57,303 nt of DNA from Prorocentrum cordatum (lineage: Eukaryota), in the NCBI GenBank assembly GCA_963575745.1, contig CAUYUJ010000038.1, positions 62,001 through 119,303 of the forward strand, read 5' to 3'. Below are positions 27,843-38,378 of the stretch, in pieces. How positions within the stretch are numbered: the stretch's first letter is position 1; every line of letters starts with the position of its first letter. The notes under the pieces were generated by a model, which was given only the letters and a program-made list of their open reading frames with translations, was not told the DNA's origin and did no database searches. Both the position numbers and the translations under genes were made by a program.

Positions 27843-28070
27843 GGATGATGATATTGATGATATTGATGATATTGATGATGCTGCTGTTGGTGATGATGAT
27901 GATGAGGAGGAGGAGGAGGAGGATGAGGATGATGAGGAGGAGGAGGAGGAGGACGATGCGGATGGAGGTGGTGGGAGGGGTGGGGAGGGAGAGAGGAAGG
28001 GAGGGAGACGACGAGAAGGGAGAATGGGGAGGAGGAGAAGGAGGAGCAGGAGCAGGAGGAGGAGGATGTT
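26160..28070. repeat. Compound (GAG)n/(GAT)n microsatellite block with internal segmental duplications
   Basis: About 1.9 kb. 27405-27480 is repeated at ~27550-27630, and 26930-27000 resembles 27950-28015. Confidence 0.95.
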
Positions 28071-31000
28071 GAGGCGAGTGAACAGGAAGTCTCGCGAAAA
28101 GGACACGTCGCTTTAGAATGCCCCCACATGCCCTCAGAGTGTTCCCGTTGGGACGCTCCTGCCTTTTGTTGCAGACCTCTGGGAAGGCCCCCGTCGTCGC
28201 GCGTCGCGGCTGGACGCAGTTCCAAAACCTGTGAGAGAACGCTCTCCGGGACAGGTCTGTGGAAGGATCCTTCAGGGAGGAGGCGGCGGAGAAAGAGGAG
28301 GAGGAGGAGGAGGAGGAGAAGGGGTTGCGGGGGGGGTCAATATGGTTTCTCCTTCCCTCTCCCTCCTTGCCTCGTCTGTCAGTCGCCCCTCTTTACTTCC
28401 ACCACACCGCCAGTGGCCCCTGGAGCTGTGCTTCAGGGGTTACCTGGCCCTAGTTTGATCTGGGAGTTTTGGGGGTTCCTCGCATTTCAGTATATCTGTA
28501 CTTGGGCTTCGAGCGAAGTACATTCTCTTTGCCGAAAACGTTTTCAATTTTCAGCAGGCGTGTAACGGCTACCCGCAGGGGCGCTGCGATACAATCGCGC
28601 GTCGCGCGGCCTGGGCTGCAGAGCTGCTTTTCTTCAAGCTTGCGGCGCGAGGGCGCGAAGATCACCGCGCGTCGCCGCGTCGTGCTTCACGGGGCGCGAT
28701 GCGCGAAATTAGACGCCGGTCGTTGAAGGAAGGTGTTTTGGGATGCCCAGGTCCCAATCTATGTTTAGCGCCTTCCTACTTCAAGAATTGGTAGGCCTCG
28801 CTTGTGTTTTGTTATTATGTGGGAGGACCTGGACCCAATCCAAGTTATTCGCCTTCCTACTTCATGGTTTTACCCACTTCTTCCGACCGACGGGTAGGTG
28901 CCACCCAATTTTCCGTTTCGTTTTTTGGGCGCCGTCGCGCGGCCGTTTTTGTTCGTTCTCGCGGGCGTCGGTTTGGAACGAAACAGGCGTTTTTCGGGGG
29001 ATTGCGCCAGTTTGGTTGTTTCCATATTTAAAACGTACACGGTGTCCAAAGCAACAATGCCGGTCAAGTCGCGAGCCGTTCAGTGAACAAGAGGTAACCC
29101 TAGCTTGGGAGGGGTACTCTCATGTTCTTTCAGTGTGGGCCTTCACCCCAGCAGGGTTTGTGTTTTGTGCCTTCGAGTCGGCACTTGGGCCTTCGGCGGA
29201 GGGTATCATGCCTTTGTCCCACGTGCAATGTTTCGAATGTTCGACGGTCGTTTTTGCACACTCTTTGGCCTGGGGACCCCCACGGATCGACCCGGCTCGA
29301 AACGCGAGGGGCGGAAAGGTTCCCGTCGCGCTGCTTGTTCGCGGCGTCGTGCTTTCGTCCCAGTCCAAAACGTCCATAAGGTCCTCGATCCTCGATCCCC
29401 ACTCCCCTCGACCCCCGACTCCCAGGCAGAGGTCGCGACCCCCCCCACGGCTGGTTCGGGCCGCGTCGATGACGTGGCCGCGGCCTCGCCAACGGGCGTT
29501 CAGGGTGGAACGCCGCCCGTGGTCCGGAATTGGCGAATATGTAGCGATCTGGCGATTTTGGAAAGGCGCCGATCGCTCCACCGTGAGATCCGACGTCGTG
29601 AAACGGCTGAAACATCGTCAAGAGCCACGACCCGAGTCCCAGACCCCGTCTTTCTGCCTGGGTAGTCGAAGGCCAGACTGTCAGATTGGATTGGGCCCCG
29701 AGGGCCAATCTGGCCCGGCCAAACTGGATGATTTGGGTTATTCGCCAGACTGGATTCGCGCTGGCTCCCTCGCCAGATTGCCCCCGTTTGCCAGATTGGG
29801 CCTGCCAGATTGGCGCCAGATTGGCTTCGACTACCCAGGTCTTTCTGCGCCCTTTCTCGAGCCCGATCTCTCTGGGAGGGCCCCCGGGGCCCCGAGCACT
29901 TGGCGAAGACGCCCGGCTCGGAAGAGCTGCAACGGCAAGATCTGAGGGCAGGGCAGTGCCGGGCAGCCCAGGGGATACGCCCAGGACGCGGCCGTCGGCA
30001 TGCCGATCGCTCGAGGTTGAGCGGCCCGCGCGTTGACAGAACAAACCGACGACAGAAAAGGCTGAACAGAAGACATAACTTTAGAACATACCAGGTCTTT
30101 TTGTCCTGTGTGTGGTTGAGGGTTTTTGGTCCCGTGGTTTCTGTTTTCGGCCCTTTTCTGATTATGCTGTCTTCCGTTTCCAGTGGGGGGGGGGCGCACG
30201 ATGTGTCCACCCTCCTTTGTGCAGAGCGCCGGGGCCGCCACGACGCGAGCCTGGCCTGAGGGTGGTGGCGCTCCCTCGGCGCCGCCCGGTCGGTGCCGGG
30301 GCCCCGGGGGCGGCACCCGGAGGAGTGCGCGGGGTCAGCCCTGCGCGCGGCCCTCATCGCCGTGTGCGGCGTCGCGGCCGCCGCGGCCGACCCACCCGCG
30401 CAGGCTGGCGGCGCCACGGTCGGCCCCTGGACGTCGTCGTCGTCGTGGTCGTCGTGGTCGTCGCTGTTGCAGTCGTGGTCGGCGTGGTCTTCGTCGTCGT
30501 CGTCGTCGTCGTCGTCGTGGTCGACGTCGTCGCAGCTGCGGTCGTGGTCGTTGTCGTCGTGGTCGTCGTCTCGTCGTCGTCATTGTCGTCGTCGTCGCCG
30601 TAGTCGTCGTCGTCGCCACGGGTGCGCGCGCGGGGGATGGGCACGGGGGGTAATTACGATGCCCAGGCAGAGGCAGAGGCGCCCGTGGGGGACGTTCGAG
30701 GTATTCTCGAAGCCCTGCACTGCCCCCTTCGCGGGTACGGCAGGGCAGGTTCACGCCGTGTCGACGCGGCGGCGGCCCGCCGCTGGCGTTCTGTGTTGAG
30801 CGCCGCCAGTGGCCCAGAATTGACCAACATAGGGAACGATCTGGCGATCGAAGAGCCGCCGACCGTAGGTGGAATCGCCCACGCGGTGTCAGAAACCAAC
30901 GCAGGGCTCGCCACGACACGAACCTGCCGTATGGAATCGGCCTCTGGCGCTATCGCATGGCAGCCCGCGGGGCACGCCCAGGATACGGCCGTCGGCATAC

Positions 31001-31544
31001 CGTTGCGGCAGTGCAGACCTTACTGAAACACAGCAGTTGCCTCCTCTTTCTGCTCACATGACCTGCGCATCCGCGAGAGTCGTGAAGGGAGCGCGACCCA
31101 GAAATGGGGCTACGCCTCGAGCGCGCACGGGCTAAGTTCCAAAGCGAAGGTATCACACCTCATAGCCGCATGTGCCAACGCCCGCAGCCGCTGTCGAGTG
31201 GAGCCCAGGGCCTGCCGCAGCCCTGGATTTGCCGTGGTGCCGGCGTCGTCCACCTGGGCGCGTTCATGAAGAAGCGGCGCGTCGACAGGTCATCAACATT
31301 GCCGCGCATGGGGAAGGCGCTTCTTGCACAGGCGTGCCCTGCATCTTCCCCGCCCCTGTCTCCCAGCACGACAGCGGCCTTGCTCAAATCACGGCTCGGG
31401 CGCCTCTGCTGGTCCCCCGCGGCTGCGACGACCGCGGCGGTCCACGCCGCCGAGACGGGACGTAGCAGGGAGGTGGGCGCACACGGTCTGGCAGCTGGGC
31501 GAGGGTTGGATGCACATCGAGCGTGCCAGAAGGGGCCTCGCCGT

Positions 31545-31760
31545 GGAGGATCGCAGGAGTTGGCATTTCTTTCGCGGCGGAAGGCCGCGGAGGGTCGGCG
31601 GAAGGCGGCGGAAGTAGGACGAGACCGGCTCCGCCGGCAGAAGCTGGCGGGAGGGTGGCGGAAGGGTGGCGGTAGCTGGCGGAAGTAGTTAAGACATGCG
31701 CCCCCAAACAGATGGAATCGTTTTTTGGTTCAGGGTTTCTGGAGTCGGCCACATGTGCCC
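31545..31760 (+). repeat. GGCGGAAG-rich dispersed repeat (second copy at 43856-44040)
   Basis: GAGGATCG.AGGAGTTG.CAT.TCTT...GGCGGAAG...GGCGGAAGTAG.ACGAG...TTTTTGG..TCAGGGT is shared by both copies. Confidence 0.8.
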
Positions 31761-32817
31761 GCACGTCTTGCTGCAATGCTCCACACTCCTCATGTGGATC
31801 CAGGCACGTGTGTTTCCAGCTTCCTGGTAATCTAGGCCTCCCAGATGGAGTCCGAGTATATGGGGTCGGAGGGTCACGCCGAATCGCCAAATCGCCGATG
31901 CATCGCCGATGTGGAGCCCGATTCTCTCCGCGCTGGTATCGTCGAAGCACTGCCAACGTCGCCGATATATCGCCGATGCATCGACGATGCATCGCCGATG
32001 AGATTTCTTGCCCTGCCGCCGTGCATTTGTTCGCGTCACAAGGGCTTCGTGCTGGAGCGGCGGTCATGACCAACCCGGGGTCACACAGCCCCGTTGGGAC
32101 GCGGGACCCACACGAGGTCACATCACCAGCCTCAATGGGTTCCCAAGGGCTAATCCGAGGGGTCACTCAACATGCCCGCCCACACGGGCGTGTGACTGCC
32201 GCAAGTCGGCAGCGCCACAAAGTAGACACGGCCACATGTTGCTATGAGACATCTTGGGGCACACTCTTCGGTGATCTTTGAGGGCTCTCGGGTTCCCAAG
32301 AGTTGCAGTGGTCCATCACAGGAGCCAACGTCAAAATTCAAGGTGGTCGAAGAACATGAAGAATCTGATGTCCAAAGTGTAGAGAATATCACAAATTCTT
32401 CTCGTTTCGCGTATCCCCAGACTGCAAGTGGTTTATCATTTGGCAGTACACCACGGCCCTCCCGCTGGGTGGTCCAGGGGACTCGACCGTGCTTGCAGCT
32501 GCTCCCCCCCGACTGTCAGCGTCAGGGATGTTGCAGGCCGTGGACTCCCAGGCCGCTGGGCATACGCCGGTCGCTCGTGCCCAGTACATCCTTTGAGCTC
32601 TTGTGAGTGAGGCCTCCACCCGTTCCTCCCTCTCGTGGCCTCCTCTTCGTGTTGGTCAGCGCGGCCACCCCGGCCCCTCTGTGCCGACAATGCGCGGCGT
32701 GTTCCACGCCCGCGCACGCCGGTCGGCTCGGTCTGAGCTGGCGCCAACTGTGCGTCTGCTCCCGCCGTCCGCTTTCTTGTTTTTCGCCTGCGCTCCCCCC
32801 TCGTTCTCTGGGTCGTA

Positions 32818-35000
32818 ATGAGGGTCATTTTGTCCCTGGCATGTGCACCCGCTGCCGAGGCCAATGGGCCCCAGCAGCTAATTTTCTCGCCTTGCGCCCC
32901 TGTCGAGTCCATACCTTTCCCTGGAGTTGCCCTTGCGAGCCGCCGAACAAAAAAAATATCCCCAGACTGCGCCGACGCCACAGCTCCAGACGCCTACACA
33001 AAACCAGCTACCCCGGCCGAAGGGTTGCCCCTCCCCACCGGCATCGGCCAGTCCAACCCCGACGGAGAGGGGATCGGTCAAGGTGCCGGGGCTCGGGACA
33101 TCAAGTTCCTGTTCCCCTACATTCCCCCGCCTTCGGGGCCCGCCTTACCAACCCACTCCACATCCGAGCTTTCAGGACAGGAGTCTCATAGCGCCCTGCG
33201 CTCATTGGTCAAGTTCCTTCTCGAGTGGAACCCTATTTTTTTCGAGAGGTGGGTGGACTACGTGGCGGAATACGGCGTCGGGATCACGGGCGTGACGACC
33301 ACCGAGGAGTATTGGCCCCCCCAATGTCTGCGCCTCTTTCTGGTCAGCATCTACGGAGAGACGATCCCAGACAAGTGCCATCCCCCAGGCATCCCATGGG
33401 ACAGCCAACGGGCGGCCTCGGCACGGGTGGTTTCCCACCTGACGCGGGCCAACGTGATGCATGCGAGCAAATGGCAGGCACACGCAGCCAACGTGGATGA
33501 GCAGCGAGGCCCCTGCCCTCTCCGCCACAGGCTCAGCACCCTACTGCAATACCTCGTGGACATGGACCCCACGACCCTCGCCGACGGCACCATCAACTCA
33601 CTGGCGAAGCTGGACCCATTGCAGACCGCCACGGAGGCCGCAGCAAGTCTCCAGCGGCATACTGGCTGAACAGACCCAGCGATGCAGCAAACGCTCCCCA
33701 ACCAGACAGCCGGTTTCGGGAGCAGGAGGCACTTCCGGAACACTCCCCCAGGATGGAGTACGAGGCTCCTGGCAACGAAGGGACCAAGGACCGGCGCACG
33801 GACTTGCTGCTGGCATGCAAGACCGAGGGCGCGCACGATGCACCCGACTGGGGGGACGACCCAGGAGCCGCAGCAGCCACAACCAAGGAAACGAGCCCGA
33901 GCGCGAGCCCAGACCCTGCCGCCGACGAGGACGAGGGAGCAGGCCCCTTCGACCCCCTAGGTGCATTCACGGAAGCGCCTCCAAGCGGCAAGCCCTGGAC
34001 GCCTCATTCGCAGACTTGACCAAGTTGCAGCTCTGGAGCTCCGGAGTGCCAAAGACAGCACCGGAAGGGGAAGCGCATCATCGTGGGATCGCACGGGAGC
34101 CAGGATGGACCGCACGCCCAACCGCACCCCATGGGACCGAGGACGCGACCGTCCCGCCTCTGAAGATGTCGAAGACGGGAGAGGGCGCGCCGCCAAGTCC
34201 CCAGGGGGGAACCACATGCGCACGGAGGCCCGCCGGGCGCCCTGGAAGGACAGCATGGGTGCTCAGCCATACTACGAGAACCTTAACGACCCCATAGGCG
34301 GCGGCCCCATGTACAGATGCACTATTGACGCCGCAGACGTGGTAAAGGACGAACCCATCCAGGACAAAATTACACGCCTGCAACAAACATTGGGGGGGCT
34401 CCTTCAACGCTATCTGGCATGCGTGGGTTAAGCGGGCTGCCCTGAGTCAGGACCTCAAGGGGGGCTATAAGAGCAATCCCAAACTCAACACACCCACGAC
34501 GTGCGCGGACTTCCTGGAAGCATGGGCCAACGCTGGCTACGGCGCATATCGGATGGATCGGGAGCTCAGACTCGGCGTAGACTGGGTCGCAGATCGGGAC
34601 AAGCACATGAATTCCGTGCGACACGACGCTCACGCACACGCCCCACGCGAATACGGCAGCCGCGACAAGCCAGCTCCCTGGACTGCCGAGAGCCGAACGG
34701 TTACGCGTGCAGCGGCACAGGACCCCTGGGCTGGAGCCGTTGGAACTGCCACCCCCAGCCAGTGGCGGGGCTGGCAAGAGTGGCCCTCGTGGGAGCGGCG
34801 AGATACCCCATGGACGGGGAGCCATTGGAACTGCCACCCCCAGCCAGTGGCGGGGCTGGCAAGAGTGGCCCTCGTGGGAGCGGCGAGATACCCCATGGAC
34901 GGACTCCGACTGGAAAGGCAGGGGCAAACGGTACTCTCCACTGGGGGACGACGGCGACTCTGACAAGCGGGCCCGCTGGTGGGCCAAGTGTGACTCCAAC
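32818..35000 (+). pseudogene. Decayed coding region of unknown function, possibly transposon-derived
   Basis: Consecutive protein-like ORFs (32818-33669, 33753-34019, 33961-34431, 34553-34963) are broken by stops and frameshifts and by an 85-bp tandem duplication (34733-34902). No family recognised. Confidence 0.35.
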
Positions 35001-37229
35001 GCCCAAGGTTGACGTGCCCCCGCCACGGCCTACCTCGGCGCCCAGATACAGGCACCTGCCCAGAGGCCACCTGGCCCCCCCACCTCCGGCCACCCGTGGC
35101 CTTGAAGGGGCTTGTTTCACCTTGCTGCGCCCGGCTCAGGCCGCAATGCCCGGGGCCACCCTCCGCCGGGGCGAAGGCCCGCCCCCGCATCTCACCCACG
35201 GCGCAGCTTAGCTAGACAGCCCACGCTGGATAAGTGGACCACCCGCCACTTTTTCGGGCCAGCCATTGGGGGATCTCCCACTTGCACCCGACATCTCACC
35301 CTCACTGGCCCTGCGGGGCCCGCCTGGCTCACGCCAGCAGGCCCCCCAGGCTCCCAGACTTTGCTGTCCGATGACGACAGCCGGCTCGCGGGCCCTGGGC
35401 GGGGGGTGGGCCCTGGCACCCCCCCTCCTGCCTGGCCGCGGACTCGACCTAACTAGGTCTCAGTTTTGTCACACCGCAGGCGCCAGAAGATCAGCTGCGG
35501 TTAGCTGCGACCCTGGAGGAACCAACACACACCGTCCCCACAGAGGTAACACGCACCGTCCCCACAGAGGTTCCGGCCTCCGCGTTGGCAGACCAGCCTT
35601 CAGCGTGGCAGGCTGCCCACTCTGGACCGCACCAACATCGGTCGAATGACTTACCATTCGGTACTACTTGCACTTCAGCGGCGGTTAGCTGCGACCCTGG
35701 AGGATCCTCGGGAATGGCGGCCGTGTCCCCTGGACAGGTGTACCTGGGGCGCGTTCGAGGGGCGGTGATATTCGTCCCCGCCGCCTCTCTCCTCGGGTCC
35801 CTCTCGGGCCGGGCGGGCGCGTCCCCCGCCCTCGGCCTTCGGGGCTCGCTTCCCTGCGCTTCCCTCGCAGGGCGCCCCCGCGGTGCCCCTCCGCGGGGGT
35901 GGTCAGTCGCGTCTCCCCACCGCCCTCCTTCCAGGCCCCCTTCTGGCCGGGCTTCGCCAGGCGTGCCGGCTGGTCTCGATGGCTTCGCCCCCACTCCCCA
36001 GGGCCGCCCTGGACCCCCGTTGTCAGTGGCAACGTTACCTCACCTTCAGCGTCGGTTAGCTGCGACCCTGGAGGCCCACGTGGCATGGTGGATTCGACGG
36101 TGACCCTGGATCCCCGCGGGGAATGGCGGACTCGGCGGAAAAGGCCGTCCCATGGTGGCATTCAGCACCACGCGGCTGCGACAGCGCAGCTTCGCCCTGG
36201 ACGCCCCACCTTGCTGGCAACGTTCTTCCCCACCAGCTTGGCCTCACGCCGCACACGGCCCCTGGAGATACAGCCAGCTCCGAGTGGCTCAGCCTTCGCA
36301 GTTTCGGCCGCCCTCCGCACCCACACCACTACCAGCTTGGTGTTCGGCGCTTTTTCGGCGGTTCTGCTCAGCTGGCAACGCGCGCCGTTGGCGCAGCTTG
36401 GGCTTGGCGCCCCACTGGCGACGGTCCACTGTTTACCACGTCTGGCCGCCACGGCGCGTAACACAGAATTCCCTGACATTTTGCCACAGGGCTGCACGTG
36501 GCTTGGGCTTCCCAGGGCGTTCCAGTTCAACCAGCCAGCACCCGCTGCTGCTGCTGCCCCAGCTGCCGTGGTTGTGAGCTGGCCCGGCTGGCTCGTGCTG
36601 CGCTCTGTAGCTTGTCGCGCCCTGTGGCTAATTAGGTTTGTTCGTCGGCCCGGACACCCTGCTCGCCGCCTGCGCTCTTCGCTCGCGGCCGCGACCAAAA
36701 AAAAATATCCCCACGAGTAGTGCACCCGCACGTTTGCATCTGCTACCCTGGCCGTTTGCAGTCAGCTCAGCCAGCTCAACCTCAGCCAGCCATCTCCGCC
36801 GGCGGTAGGTTTTGATTCCGGGCTCGGTCGCTGTGTTTCTCGGCTAGCGCGTTGCCAATTAGATCGGCCCGCGGCCCGGACATTTCGACTCGGCGCCTGC
36901 GCGTCCGCCCGCGCCCGCGAGGAAAAAAGTATCCCCACCAGCCCATTCAGAAACCCTGCCCTTCAAGGCTGACGGGAGAAGGGGCGAAGAGACACATCTA
37001 GGGAAACAAAGCGAGCTTGGGGTTGGCGTTGGAAGGCCTCTTCGGTCCATCCCTGGGTGCCGCGTGGGGGCGAGGGGAGGAGGAGGAGGAGGAGGACGAG
37101 GAGGAGGACGAGGAGGACGATGCCCAACGCGTAGAGAAGATCCCAAATGCCAAGCAAACGTAGCAAGAGCGTACACAACAAGTATGTGCCACAGAGGCTT
37201 TCTGGGCCAAAGGCTGGACGCTAGGTTTG

Positions 37230-37415
37230 CGTCTTGTCGACCGGCGGCGACCCCCGCCGCCAGCGTTCAACGTTGAACGCCGCCGGCGACCCAGAATCGT
37301 TCGATGTTGAGCGATCTGACGTTTCGGACTCGGCCGATCGTTCAAGGTTGAACGATCCCCGCGCTGTCAGAAACCAACGCCGCCGAAGTCGAATCCACAC
37401 GAACCTGCTGTATGT
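37230..37415 (+). repeat. ~180-bp dispersed repeat with three palindromic sites (copies at 52866-53045 and 30765-30935; partial at 29490-29610 and ~30000-30050)
   Basis: Shared GGCGGCGACCCC...CGTTCAA..TTGAACG...ACCCAGAATCG...TGTCAGAAACCA...ACACGAACCTG. Confidence 0.85.
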
Positions 37416-37954
37416 GTCACGGGAGCTCTTCGGGCAAAGACCTTCTGTGGGTCCCTGGGGCCACTGGAGGGTAAGAGCTTTCTGCGGGGCCACTGGCACT
37501 CCGACTTCCTTCTTGATGTACCTGCCGTACTTCGGCATCGTGCGGGAAGGCGCAGGGAGAGGTGGCAGGGGAGGTGGCAGGAGAACATGCCGCTTTTCTG
37601 CGCGTGGATGGTTCAGGGGAGGCGGCGAGAAAGCACCGCCTTCTTGCATCGACCGACACGCCCGTCTGCTGAGTACCCTGACGTCCGACGACGTGTTTTT
37701 GTTCTCCGTGCTTTTCTTCCTGATTTTTTGTTGGCGTCCTTGGGGCCCGTGTTTTTTTTCGGCTACTCGGTGATGCGGACAGTCGCGCCCAAACTTGCTC
37801 CTCAGGGCGGCCGCCTGGGATGAGTCCGCCTGGTGAGGCGCAGCTGCTGAAGCGCACCCCGTGGCGAGCAAGACCCGCAAGAGAGAACGCACACTCCTCC
37901 TCCTCCTCCTCCTCCTCCTCCTCCTCCTCCTCCTCCTCCTCCTCCTCCTCCTGG

Positions 37955-38378
37955 GAAACACTTCGTGCTGGAGCTCACGGGCGGCGTGGTGGGCTACGAG
38001 CGCGCCAAGAGGCTGGCCACGCACCTCCGCATGCCGAGCGGGTGGAGGAGCTTCATTGCCGGCGGGCGCAGGATGTACATCAACGTGGACAAGTCCAAGC
38101 GCTCCCTGCGCGTGGAGCTCCACACCAAGCGCCTCGCCCAGGCCCCGGAGGAAGTGCGCGGAGGAGCTGGGCGCTGGTGGCCAAATAAAGCGAAGGGGGA
38201 GGTCAAGTTCGACAACGTGGAGGTGGCCAGCGTCCTGGTCACGGAGGAGGATGTTCCGACGGAGCTGCGCTGGAACAACCCGATGGTGGCGAACCTGGGC
38301 ATCGACAAGAGCAAGGTGCAGGAGGTTTTCAATCGCATGGTCGGCGGCGGGTCCAGGGAGGTCCAGTGGTGTCCCTAA
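37955..38378 (+). CDS. LINE ORF1, C-terminal fragment (5'-truncated)
   Basis: Frame with strong G/C third-position bias (KHFVLELTGG...MYINVDKS...EVQWCP*), directly upstream of ORF2 and starting abruptly after the CTC run. Confidence 0.75.

Noticed and set aside
26064..28225. Long poly-Met/Ile/His/Ser ORFs here, and similar homopolymer or dipeptide ORFs at 5617-6643, 15448-16458, 21721-23147, 42290-43655 and 46897-48817
   Set aside because: They are translations of stop-free microsatellites, open in several frames on both strands.
37861..38373. N-terminal ~170 aa of the 1482-aa computed ORF
   Set aside because: It runs through the (CTC)n flank and the off-frame of ORF1; codon bias supports the ORF1 frame here.
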